Below, one piece after another: positions 8,310 to 19,100 of a stretch of DNA of 64,000 nucleotides (position 1 is its first letter; every line of letters begins with the position of its first letter). The DNA is from a virus. Taxonomy: Duplodnaviria > Caudoviricetes. A program made the position numbers and the translations under genes. Below the pieces are notes generated by a model. That model was given only the letters and a program-made list of their open reading frames with translations, was not told where the DNA came from and made no database searches. The stretch lies in the IMG/VR virus record IMGVR_UViG_3300012344_000013, positions 32,001 to 96,000 of that record; one strand, given 5' to 3'.

Positions 8310-10901
8310 ATGCCACAGTCTCCTATAAATGAATATGTTAATAGTAGTATGGGAGCTGATACTAATACAGCGGGAACGAGATTTCAAGATACTGTTGTTA
8401 ATGGATTTAATATAAGCGCAAGAGCACTCGAAGATATGACCAGAAGCTTGGCGGATAGAAATAGAGAAATGCAGAAACTTAGAGATTCTATCCGACAAGC
8501 TAACAGAACTGGTGATACAGCTGCTTCTAATACACTTAGAAAAAAATATGAAGATGAATTCACTAAGCTTCGTATTGAGAATGAGAAGAAGATAGAAAAA
8601 GCTGCTTATATATTTGCAAAAGATAATTATAATAAGTTATCTACTGCTAAGAAGGTAGAATTCGATAAAAGCCGTAAAGCAGAGTTAGAGCTTGAAAAAT
8701 CTAAAATAAAAGCTGCTAAAGAAGCGGGACTTATAGATAAAAACGCTTCCAAAGAACGGATGAAGGCTATCAATGACGAAACCAGAGCTATTGAAGATAG
8801 AATAAAGAAAAATCAAGATGCTGAGAAGAAGCGCATGGACGAGAATAATAAGTACATGACCGCTTTAGAAACTCGTCGAATGACTGATGCACAGAAGAAG
8901 CAATTAGCGCTTGATAAAAAAGCAGCTGATGCTAAGAAAAAACTTCAAGACACTTTAGAAGATGAAACAGCTACTAGTGAAGATAAACAAAAAGCTTATG
9001 CTGCCGCTGCAGCAGCTGAAGATGAGGCTGAGAGAAATAAAAAAGAGCAAGAGTTAAAAGATAATATTGGTAAAGCTCTAAATAATCTTGCCAAAGCAGC
9101 ATTCAGTGCAGTTGAAACTGGTATGGATTTGTATCCTCAGTATCAAGGAGCTATAAACGCTAGATTACAAGGTAGTGGCAAATATTATCAAGATATAAGT
9201 GGCATGATAAGGTCTAATTTACAATTTAGTCCTTATGTTAAACAACAAACTATGCTTGAAAATTTAAATAAATTAGTAGAAGCTGGTATTGCATATAATG
9301 TAGAAGAAAGAGCATTTTTAGCTTCTGTAGCAGAAAATATAGCAACTACTTTTGATGCTACTAATGGAACCATATTAAGGATAGTTAGATTGCAACAAGC
9401 TGATTCTACTGCTGCTAGATTGGGTATGGAAGCTTCTCTAACTTCTTTCTTAAATAATATGTTTCAGAACACTGAGTATTTAACAAATACTTTCAAAGAT
9501 GTTACTGATAAATTATTAGAAGCAACATCTACTATGACAAGAGAAAATTCGGTCGCTTTCGAATATATGGTTCAGAAGTGGTTGGGCGCTTTAGAATCTG
9601 TAGGTGTTTCAGAAAGTACTTTAAGTAAGATAGCAGAAGGTATTGGCTATTTAGGCAGTGGGAATATTGCTGCTTTAAGTAGTGATGAAGGTTTACAGAA
9701 TCTAATGGTAATGAGTGCGAATAAAGCAGGTGAGAACTATGCTGATTTACTTATTAAAGGATTGGATTCGAGTAGCACTAATAAGCTATTAAAATCAATG
9801 GTTGAGTACTTACAAGAAATAGCAGGTAATCAGAATAAAGTAGTACGTTCTGCTTATGGTAACGTATTTGGCGTATCTCAATCAGATTTAATGGCTATAA
9901 CAAACCTAACATCTTCCGATATTTCTAATATCGTGAACCAAGGATTAAGCTATGATGCCGCATATGCTGAAACTAAAAAGCAATTAGGAACACTTGCCAT
10001 GTCTATGGTAGATTTACTACATGGGCGTCTTAGCAGAGTTCAAATGATGAATACAGCCTTGACCAATATGTTTACTACTATGGGAGGAGACGTAAGTAGT
10101 AATTTATTTACTTATGGCTCCTATAAATTAGTAGATATGTTGCAATCTGCTGGAGTAGATGCTGAAATTCCTTTCCTTACCGCAGCTGGTTTTGGTTTGG
10201 ATTTACATGCTTCCATAGGAGATTTGCTCAAAGTAGGTATTATTGGTATATCTTCTTTATCTAGATTAGGTTCTGTTATTAGTGGATTAACCTCTGCAGG
10301 AGGATTAAATCTTGCTTCTTGGGGAGGACAAGATGTTCTTACAAGAGGAACCGGTTTAACTTTAGCAGATACACTTAGAGCTGGAACTTCGCAGAGTACT
10401 TCAGTTGGTAAAGGTAGTTCAAGTTATTCAGATATTGAGGGTGGGAGTTTAGCTGGTCAAGCAGATAAAGCTAAAGAAACTCAAAAGAAAACAGGTATGC
10501 AAGAGACGATGCCTGAAAAAACTATTGATGATATTTGGAAACTCCTAGCAGTAAACGAAACAACTCTCAAAACAGTGCCTGTACAGATAACGGGCGTTGA
10601 TGATACCCTTGTGATACCTGTGAGAGACAATGCAGTATTAACAAAAATGGATAGTTTAGGTATAGCAAGCTTAGTTACAGCGCTTACACCTGAAACAGGA
10701 AATACTAATAAGTATGCAGAATTATTCTCATGCAATGTAGCTTCTGATTTAGACGGTAATTCATTAACATTAGGAAATCTAATAGCATTGATGCTAAGCG
10801 GTAACTTAGAAGTAATTGCTAAGCAATCAGATATTGACAGTTCTACCACCTTTGCGAATATAATCACAAGCATGAAAAACACATATAATATACCTAGATA
10901 A
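8310..10901 (+). CDS. Tape measure protein
   Basis: 863 aa, Ala/Lys-rich coiled coil then Gly/Ser-rich region; position after chaperone; AGGAGG RBS. Confidence 0.8.
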   Translation: MPQSPINEYVNSSMGADTNTAGTRFQDTVVNGFNISARALEDMTRSLADRNREMQKLRDSIRQANRTGDTAASNTLRKKYEDEFTKLRIENEKKIEKAAYIFAKDNYNKLSTAKKVEFDKSRKAELELEKSKIKAAKEAGLIDKNASKERMKAINDETRAIEDRIKKNQDAEKKRMDENNKYMTALETRRMTDAQKKQLALDKKAADAKKKLQDTLEDETATSEDKQKAYAAAAAAEDEAERNKKEQELKDNIGKALNNLAKAAFSAVETGMDLYPQYQGAINARLQGSGKYYQDISGMIRSNLQFSPYVKQQTMLENLNKLVEAGIAYNVEERAFLASVAENIATTFDATNGTILRIVRLQQADSTAARLGMEASLTSFLNNMFQNTEYLTNTFKDVTDKLLEATSTMTRENSVAFEYMVQKWLGALESVGVSESTLSKIAEGIGYLGSGNIAALSSDEGLQNLMVMSANKAGENYADLLIKGLDSSSTNKLLKSMVEYLQEIAGNQNKVVRSAYGNVFGVSQSDLMAITNLTSSDISNIVNQGLSYDAAYAETKKQLGTLAMSMVDLLHGRLSRVQMMNTALTNMFTTMGGDVSSNLFTYGSYKLVDMLQSAGVDAEIPFLTAAGFGLDLHASIGDLLKVGIIGISSLSRLGSVISGLTSAGGLNLASWGGQDVLTRGTGLTLADTLRAGTSQSTSVGKGSSSYSDIEGGSLAGQADKAKETQKKTGMQETMPEKTIDDIWKLLAVNETTLKTVPVQITGVDDTLVIPVRDNAVLTKMDSLGIASLVTALTPETGNTNKYAELFSCNVASDLDGNSLTLGNLIALMLSGNLEVIAKQSDIDSSTTFANIITSMKNTYNIPR

Positions 10902-10912
10902 GGAGGGATAGC

Positions 10913-12247
10913 ATGCAATTACAAGAATTTTTTAATAATAGTTTAGAATGTGGTTTCATTAAAAATATATTAAGCAATATAGCTATCCCTTTATATGATA
11001 CTATATCTTTGGGAGATTATATAGTAAAAGGCGGAATATACGCTTATAAAACTACGATTATAAGGTGTACTCAAAGTGGATATTTTTATGTAAAAGGATT
11101 TCCTGCAGCATTAAGAATAAACGAGAGATTGAAAGTACAAAATGAAGGTTTAGTAATAACTGATGGCGCAGGTGACCAAGAAAAAGGTAGTGAAGCTAAG
11201 TGGGAACAAATAGCTATATATACCTTTGGTAAAGATTCTACTAATTTAACTCAAACCTTTGATTCTAAATATAGCTATTATGACTCAGAAACGCATAAAT
11301 ATCTAGGAAATTATTTAAGATGTATAAGAGATATATTTGATATAAATTTAATGCCTTATTATAACTGTTTTAGTTATAATATATTGAATAATGTAAGAAT
11401 ATATTATTATAAAGACCCTGAACGCGCCACTAAATTAGACAGAGGTTTACCTGATGATAGTGGATGGCGTTGCAAGATAGCAGAAGATACTAATTATAAA
11501 TATATAGTAGTGCCTATTAAATATAATAAGACCTATAGTATATCGATAGATTGTCCTTCTCCTGTTATAGTAATGCCAGTATTATACGGATATAATTCTC
11601 TCATATCTATTGATATAAATGGCGAAACTAAAGATATAACAAATGATTTCTTTAATAAAATGGCATTTGTAAAGGAATTTAATAGATTAGATTTTAGAAA
11701 GCCAGTTAAAATGCAGGTAGATTTAGACAATTTTGTAGATGGTGTTTCCGGAATAAATCAAGAGACGTTATATATCTTAGAAGATTATTTATATTTATTG
11801 ATTAGATTACCTGCAGAGAACAAATCTTCTATAGTAGTATTAGAAGGTGATTATACTTCTACTTATTGTAAGAATACTATAAATATGGAGTATGCAGATA
11901 TAAATAATGTAGATAAGTTTACCCCGCACAGCTTTGATATGGTTAATCAAGTAGTTCCTAGTTTGATACAGGTAAATACCGGAGTGTCATATCCTTATAG
12001 CAATAGATTAGTAGAATATTTAACTACGACTCCTATAACCAATATAACTACGATAAAGAATAATCTATTAAATGTAAATAAGAAATTAGGGTTAAAAGAA
12101 AACGATTTCTGGGATAATTATATTAGGTTAACTGCTTATAACAGATATATGGAACGAGATATAACAAATGCATATAAATTTGATATAAGTGGATTTATTG
12201 ACAGAACAGTAGAAGAAGCTTTAGATGGAGGTAAATTAAATGCCTAG
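10913..12247 (+). CDS. Structural/baseplate-region hypothetical protein
   Basis: Synteny within tail module only. Confidence 0.45.
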   Translation: MQLQEFFNNSLECGFIKNILSNIAIPLYDTISLGDYIVKGGIYAYKTTIIRCTQSGYFYVKGFPAALRINERLKVQNEGLVITDGAGDQEKGSEAKWEQIAIYTFGKDSTNLTQTFDSKYSYYDSETHKYLGNYLRCIRDIFDINLMPYYNCFSYNILNNVRIYYYKDPERATKLDRGLPDDSGWRCKIAEDTNYKYIVVPIKYNKTYSISIDCPSPVIVMPVLYGYNSLISIDINGETKDITNDFFNKMAFVKEFNRLDFRKPVKMQVDLDNFVDGVSGINQETLYILEDYLYLLIRLPAENKSSIVVLEGDYTSTYCKNTINMEYADINNVDKFTPHSFDMVNQVVPSLIQVNTGVSYPYSNRLVEYLTTTPITNITTIKNNLLNVNKKLGLKENDFWDNYIRLTAYNRYMERDITNAYKFDISGFIDRTVEEALDGGKLNA

Positions 12248-12881
12248 TACTGATATAAGAACATATAAAGCAGTAGATAACTATATTTATTTATATCATT
12301 TAGATAAATTCTTAGTAATACCTACCTACCCAGATAATTTACAGGATAATATGGGTGTTACATATGCGTCTCAAACACCTCTATCAAGGTCAGCTCCTAT
12401 ATATTCATATACTAGTTCTGGTCCTCGTTCTATGACGATTGGCTTAAATTTACATAGAGAGATGTTCAATCAAATAAACTATTCGAGGAGTAATTTTGCA
12501 AGAGATTTATCTGATGATTATGTAGATTTATTGATAAAGCATGTACACGCAATGGCATTACCTGTATACGGCGCTTCTTCTAAATTAGTAGACCCTCCTA
12601 TGATAGCTATAAGATTTGGTAATGATATTTTCTGTAAAGGTGTAGTAACAGGAAATGTATCAGTAAACTATGACTTACCTATTATAAGTGGAGGAAAATA
12701 CGCCACTGTAGGTATAGGTTTTACTATAAGTGAAGTAGACCCGTATGATGCTCAAACTGTTATAACACAAGGAAGTTATAGAGGTTTAGATTATAAAAAT
12801 AATTTAGAGAGAAATACGTGGTCTATGTCAGCCACTCCTGCTAATTATACTAATTTACAGAATCAGGTAGCGACGAGGTAG
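12240..12881 (+). CDS. Tail tube initiator/baseplate protein
   Basis: 'PIYSYTSSGPRS', 'PPMIAIRFG' motifs typical of contractile-tail tube initiators. Confidence 0.6.
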   Translation: MPSTDIRTYKAVDNYIYLYHLDKFLVIPTYPDNLQDNMGVTYASQTPLSRSAPIYSYTSSGPRSMTIGLNLHREMFNQINYSRSNFARDLSDDYVDLLIKHVHAMALPVYGASSKLVDPPMIAIRFGNDIFCKGVVTGNVSVNYDLPIISGGKYATVGIGFTISEVDPYDAQTVITQGSYRGLDYKNNLERNTWSMSATPANYTNLQNQVATR

Positions 12882-12884
12882 AGT

Positions 12885-13208
12885 ATGAATAGAGATACTA
12901 TAATTAATAAATCTTATAGAGCATATAATAAATTATCTCGATATAGTTCGTTTCCTTTTTGGTTTAATATAGAGGATAATAAATATTTTTATGGTATAAC
13001 AAATCAATTAGATGATACTACTTCTTATCTGATACATACTGTATCTGGAGAAGATACAATTGATTCGATATCATTAAAGTATTATAATACTCCAAATGAC
13101 TTTTGGATAATATGTGATTTCAATAGAATAAGAGACCCCTATATTAAATTAAAAGAGGGTCAACAATTAAAGATACCTGTAATAACAAGTATAAGATACA
13201 AGGATTGA
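12885..13208 (+). CDS. LysM-like baseplate wedge protein (gp53/tail X-like)
   Basis: 'DTIDSISLKYY..P..FWIICDFN.I.DP...L..GQ.L.IP' motif. Confidence 0.8.
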   Translation: MNRDTIINKSYRAYNKLSRYSSFPFWFNIEDNKYFYGITNQLDDTTSYLIHTVSGEDTIDSISLKYYNTPNDFWIICDFNRIRDPYIKLKEGQQLKIPVITSIRYKD

Positions 13209-13212
13209 TGAG

Positions 13213-14490
13213 ATGATAACAAGCGATTTAGTGACTTCTTCTGAGTATATAGAAGTACCCTTTATAGCAGTTAAAATAGGAGAATATGCTTTTGGCAGCG
13301 TTCATAGCAGTAGTGATGGCCTTATCAATAGAGTAGGTACTACTGTTAAGAAAATATATCCTAATTTTATGAAATCTATAAATATAACTAAAATAAATGG
13401 TACTGTGAATACATATACTATAAATTTAGTATATGCTATACAACCTGGAGATGACCCTAATAAAATAGATTACATATTATCTACTATATCTGAGGAGAGA
13501 AAGATATATATTTCTTACGGAGATTGTAGTAAGCCTACATATATATTTAGAGAAGAAGAAGCACTTATAACATCTGTTAAATCGAATGTAAATGTTGCAG
13601 GTTCTAATATAAGTTATACTATAAGTGCAATTTCAACCTCATTGCCTCTTATGGCTAATTTCAACGATTTTGCTGCTACTGAAGCTAAACCAAGCGATGA
13701 GATAAAAAATATGATTAGAAACCAGAAGTTTGGTATAGCAGACGTGTTCAAAGGAATGCGAGATTTTTCTAAATTAGTAGCAAGTGGTATTATAGCTTCT
13801 AATGATAAAAAAGTAAGATTAGAAGCTCAAAATGGTGTAAGTACTTGGGATAGAATAAAATATTTAGTAGGCTGTATGGTAAATGTAGCAGATACAGCAA
13901 ATACTATAATAAAGAATTCATCTTATTTATTGACAATAGATGATAGTATCAATAATTTATTAGGAGGAACTTGTTTCAAAGTAAAAGAAGTTCCTGTAAC
14001 TATGAATACGTCAAGTAGTGAAGAAGTATTCGAGATAGATATTGGTTATCCTGGAAAAACGCTAGTTACAGGATTTAATGTAACTACAAATGATGCTTGG
14101 TCGATGCTATATAAAGCAAGTAACGCAGGAGAAGCTCCTAAGTATGTTTATAAGATAAATAATGAAGGCAAAATGATTCAAGTAGATTCTCCTTCATTAG
14201 TACAATCAAATGTATACAATAGAGTAACTACTTATGATTCGAATTGGTGGTCAGATGTTACTCAATTTCCTATAAATGCTACATTAACTATAAGAGGATT
14301 ATTGAAGCCAAGTATTTTATTGCAATATGTTAAATTAAATGTTTTATTCTATGGACAAGAGCATATAACTAGTGGTTACTATATAATAACTAAGCAAGAA
14401 GACGTTATAGATGGCAATGGCTATAGAACCACATTATCATTAACGAGATTAAATGACCCAACACATGGTGGGGGCGGAGGTAAATTCTAA
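13213..14490 (+). CDS. Baseplate hub protein (gp27/gpD-like)
   Basis: C-terminal 'SGYYIITK...GYRTTLSL'; position between LysM and spike genes. Confidence 0.65.
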   Translation: MITSDLVTSSEYIEVPFIAVKIGEYAFGSVHSSSDGLINRVGTTVKKIYPNFMKSINITKINGTVNTYTINLVYAIQPGDDPNKIDYILSTISEERKIYISYGDCSKPTYIFREEEALITSVKSNVNVAGSNISYTISAISTSLPLMANFNDFAATEAKPSDEIKNMIRNQKFGIADVFKGMRDFSKLVASGIIASNDKKVRLEAQNGVSTWDRIKYLVGCMVNVADTANTIIKNSSYLLTIDDSINNLLGGTCFKVKEVPVTMNTSSSEEVFEIDIGYPGKTLVTGFNVTTNDAWSMLYKASNAGEAPKYVYKINNEGKMIQVDSPSLVQSNVYNRVTTYDSNWWSDVTQFPINATLTIRGLLKPSILLQYVKLNVLFYGQEHITSGYYIITKQEDVIDGNGYRTTLSLTRLNDPTHGGGGGKF

Positions 14491-15774
14491 ATGCTAACAA
14501 AAGGAATAGTAGAAAAACTAATAGATTCCTATAGGATAAAAGTAAGAATACCTGTATATAATAAGCCAAGCTACGTAAATGGTGCTACTATAACTAATGA
14601 TTTATACGAAGCCTGTATTTGTACTTTACCTAATTGTAGTATGAATTTACAGGTGGGAGATATAGTTATTCTTGGATTTGAGGATAATGATATTGCTCAG
14701 CCTATTATATTAGGTTGTCTATACGCAAAAGATATAAATTACAGCAAAACAGATTTGGTAGTAAGTTCTATTGAAGCATTAAATTCTGTAAATTTACCTC
14801 AAGATACGTATATAGGCAATGTTACTCCTACAGATTTGGGGTATTTAACTGGATTAAAGAGTAACGTGCAAGGGCAGATAGACGTTCTTAATGGCATTCA
14901 ATCTGAGCAAACACTTAAATGGCAGGATTATATAAATAAAACTGTAGAAGAAGATTTAAGTGCCACTATTTTAGATATACCTATTAGCAATTTTGAAAAT
15001 GTATCTCAATATAGATTACAGGCTAATGTATTTAGTAATAATACTTCTGAAAGTGTTGCATTGAAGTTTATTGATATAAATAATAATATTAGAACTATTT
15101 TTTCTTTTAATAACGCCAGTTCAATACCTAGTGATAAAGTTATAGTAGAACCATTAACCTATAATAATTCTAGTCAAGAAAGTATTACATTACCCCCTGG
15201 AAGTATGACGGAAGTTACTAGATTTACTAGTGGAAACAATAAATTAATAATTCCATATGGAGATTGCTTGAATGGTTATCAATGGATTATACAGAATTTA
15301 GGTACATTACATGAATTGATAGGCAGCACAGAATTTACATTTTATCCTTCCGAGAGTAGCTATTTTGCACTTGATGCATATAGGTATAGATACACATTAG
15401 TTTATAAAAGCAGTAGTGGCTATACTATAGAACTTATTGCCTACGATTCTAATATTGCAGATGATACGTCGGATTTTATAGGAGTATTTAGCACTGATAC
15501 GGATAATGCAGGACATTGGGAATTTCAAAATGTTTCAACTAATGTATCACAGCGATACTATAAATTTTATTCAGAAGGTACTTGTTTTAATAATAATTAT
15601 ATCCAAATCTCTTGCGTAAATTTTAGTTCTACTTCCAGCAGAGGATATCTTCTTAAAGATGGAGATAAATTTTCTGATAATAGTAACAATATTACCACTT
15701 TAAGATTAGAGATATCTAATGGAACTAAATTGTTAAAAGGAACACAGATACAGATGCAAGTATTGTATAAATAA
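14491..15774 (+). CDS. Baseplate central spike (gpV/gp5 OB-fold) with extended C-terminal domain
   Basis: 'RIKVRIP...VGDIVILGFEDND...PIILG' OB-fold motif. Confidence 0.75.
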   Translation: MLTKGIVEKLIDSYRIKVRIPVYNKPSYVNGATITNDLYEACICTLPNCSMNLQVGDIVILGFEDNDIAQPIILGCLYAKDINYSKTDLVVSSIEALNSVNLPQDTYIGNVTPTDLGYLTGLKSNVQGQIDVLNGIQSEQTLKWQDYINKTVEEDLSATILDIPISNFENVSQYRLQANVFSNNTSESVALKFIDINNNIRTIFSFNNASSIPSDKVIVEPLTYNNSSQESITLPPGSMTEVTRFTSGNNKLIIPYGDCLNGYQWIIQNLGTLHELIGSTEFTFYPSESSYFALDAYRYRYTLVYKSSSGYTIELIAYDSNIADDTSDFIGVFSTDTDNAGHWEFQNVSTNVSQRYYKFYSEGTCFNNNYIQISCVNFSSTSSRGYLLKDGDKFSDNSNNITTLRLEISNGTKLLKGTQIQMQVLYK

Positions 15775-15787
15775 AAAGGGAGTTATT

Positions 15788-16165
15788 ATGTATTCAATAG
15801 CATTTCCTAATTTTCTATCAGCATCTAAGACTAATTTATTATCTGACCATGATGCTACTTTATCTAACTTAAAATTGCTATTATATTCTGATAAAATGAC
15901 TTTATTAGGCGACCCTTATTTTGGAACTCATCTAAAGAAGTTAATATTTGAACAGAATGATAGCATTTTAGCAGATTTAGTTATAGATGATATCTATACA
16001 GCAATAATAACATTTATGCCTCAGATATCTGTAAAGAGAGAGAATATAGTTTTAACAACTGATAGAGAAAATGTTTTTGTAAATATAGAGTGTCTTAATT
16101 TGATAGATTATCAATTAGATACCTTTAATATAAATCTAACAAAGTATGAGGAAGGTGGTTTATAA
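15788..16165 (+). CDS. Baseplate wedge protein gp25-like
   Basis: 'DPYFGTHL..LIFEQND' gp25 motif. Confidence 0.85.
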   Translation: MYSIAFPNFLSASKTNLLSDHDATLSNLKLLLYSDKMTLLGDPYFGTHLKKLIFEQNDSILADLVIDDIYTAIITFMPQISVKRENIVLTTDRENVFVNIECLNLIDYQLDTFNINLTKYEEGGL

Positions 16166-19100
16166 GATGGAAATAACTACTAATCCACTTAGTAATTTAT
16201 CTTACACCAATAAAGATTTCCAAACTATATATCCAGAACTAATAGAAGTAGTTAAGAAATTATCTGTTAAATGGGACCCGAGTATTTCTAACGAATCTGA
16301 CCCAGGTGTATTGCTTATTAAATTAAATGCAATATTAGCAGATAGAGACAGTTATAATATAGATAAGAATGTTTTAGAGTATTTTCCTGAAACAGTTACT
16401 CAACCTTCTATTGCTAATTTAGTATTTTCGCAGCAAGCTTATAGAATGCATCAGTATATAGGAGCAGAAACAGCAGTTACCATTAGTATGAATACTAAAT
16501 CAAACGAAGACCTTACTGATGAGCAATTAGAAGAAGAGTTTTCACTTCCTTTATTTTCAATGGTAAGCGATAGTGATAATACTGTTGTATATACTCTTAT
16601 AGCTAATGAGAATTCTGTAAATAATATTATTCCATCTCAAATATCATTAAAGAGAAATGGGGATTCAATAGTAGCTCATGCTATTCAAGGTGTTTATACT
16701 AGTTTTACAGTAAATGGTGATACCAGAATAACTGCACAAAACTTAGATAGTAACAATAAAATATATTTTAATGATACTAATATTGCTGAAAATGGTATTT
16801 ATATAAATAATGTAGGCGATAATAATTATAATGCTTGGAAAAGAGTAGATAATTTAAGTACACAGCCTTTGGGTACTAAGTGTTATTTATTTAATAAAGA
16901 CCCTAAAACAGATTTATTATATATTCAATTCCCTGATGATGTTGATACTACAGTAGGTCAAGGAATAAATATTAGTTATATAAGAACGTTAGGTCAATCA
17001 GGTAATATTAAAGCAAGACAGCTTGAACAGTTTTATAGTGAAGGTGTTGCTACTTCTATTGCTTCTGAAACAACTTTATCTCTAAATAGCGAGAATTTTA
17101 CTTTATTTAATGTAAATGCATCCACTGATGGTAAAGACCCCGAAACAATAGATGATGCTTACACTAATTATAAAAGAACGGTAGGTACCTTTAACACATT
17201 AGTAACTCTAAGAGATTATATTAACTATTTAATTACATCTGGAATGGTTGCTAACGGCGTAGTAACAGATAGAACTAATGATATACAAGATGTTTATTAT
17301 ACTTATATTACTCGTGATGGAGTTAGACAGAAGTATAAGTATATAGAAAAAGATGCTCAAGGAAATAATCTAATGAGTGCTTTTGATTTGAAGTTGTATC
17401 TTATGGAGAGTGTTACCAAACAACCTTCTGTTGAGATGTATAGAGAATCTTTTGAACTTATTCCTAACGGCACTACTAGTGATTCTAATCCTATAAATAA
17501 TTTACAATCTATTTGGAATATCTTATCAGACCAAGATGGTGTAGGTTTAATTCAACATGATATTAAAGAAATTGAAAATGATAAGATTTGTATTTTTAAG
17601 AATAAGTATAAAGTAAATTGTAAGATTATACCTACTGGCGAGTTATCAGTAAAACAGAAAACAGATGTTATTAAAAGTATAACTTCTGCTTTATATAGAG
17701 CACTTAATTCAAGTAAGGTTAATTTTGGAGAAGGTATTGATTATGAGTATATATTACAGATAATTAAGAATTCTTCAAGCTTAATTAGAACAGTTATTTT
17801 AGATGATATAAACTATGATACATATGCTGTTATGCATAGAACTAGAGCAGATGGCGCTGAATATTTTGAAGACATTTTAATTTCAGGAGAACCTAAAGCG
17901 ACTCTTATTGAGAAAAGTGCCACTGTTGTATCTATAGGCAGTAGTGATTATTATGAAACAACGTTTAGTGCGTTACCTATAAATAATTTAACTAAGTTTG
18001 ACTTTAGTGATTTGAATGCAATAAAAGATGCTTTTTCGGGTGGATACTTTAACTATAGTAGCGATGATGGATTTACTAAAGTATATATTTTACCTTCTGA
18101 CATTTCTAAGACTACTATTGAGAAAGTTGAGTATATTCAAATAACAGATAAAGATAACAACGTTTTGTTATATATACCTCAACCTACAGTTGGAACAGAT
18201 ACAGTAAGAATGACTTTCTATCTTAAGAAGGATGTCGCTAATTTAACAGGTGCTTATTTCTATTTTGAAGATGCAGAAGCATATAATTTACAAAGAGATA
18301 TATTTGCAAAGTCTGTTCTAGCATATACTACTCCATTATTGAATACCACTGAAGAGAATTTTGAGTTTAATGTAAATCAAACAAATATAAATCCTAGTAA
18401 TGAATTTTATAGTGATGTTACATCTGTAACCACTGATTCTACAGTAACTTTGACAATGTCTAAGGGTTCCACTTCAGAAACTGGTACTACTTATCCCGCG
18501 GTAGAGTATACTTTAGCAGATAACGAAGTAATCGAATTCTGGAGTCCTAATGCTATTGATGTCGAGAATTATAGTAATTACGTAAAGTATTTTCTAGATA
18601 CTAGCATTCCTATAAGTAAAGGAACTAGCTATGCACTCAAGCAGAATGAATATATCGTTTTATGCTGGAAAGAAGCAGATGCAAATGGTACTGAGAATGA
18701 TTACTACAATTATTATAAATATACTAGTGATTTAACAAAGTCTGCTGCTAATATTGTTAAACCTAATGTTACATTAAAACCAAATATGTCTGATTTAGGA
18801 ACATATATGGGAGAGTCTATTGACTCTGAGGGTCCAATATATGGATGGAAGCCTGTTAAAGAATTGTTTGATGGACTTTCTGTAGGAGCAGGTCAACTAT
18901 CAAGTTTCTTATCTGAGAAGGTTTCTGAATTATATACAGGTTATATTTTAACTGGTACTAATCAGATAAATATGCAAAAGGTAAACACAGTTACGTTACC
19001 TACGCAAAAGCAAAGTACTATTAAATGTTATTGGATATTAAATAATTCTGATAATATATTAGTAGATTGGAGTAAAGTAACCACGGCAGATAATAAGAAA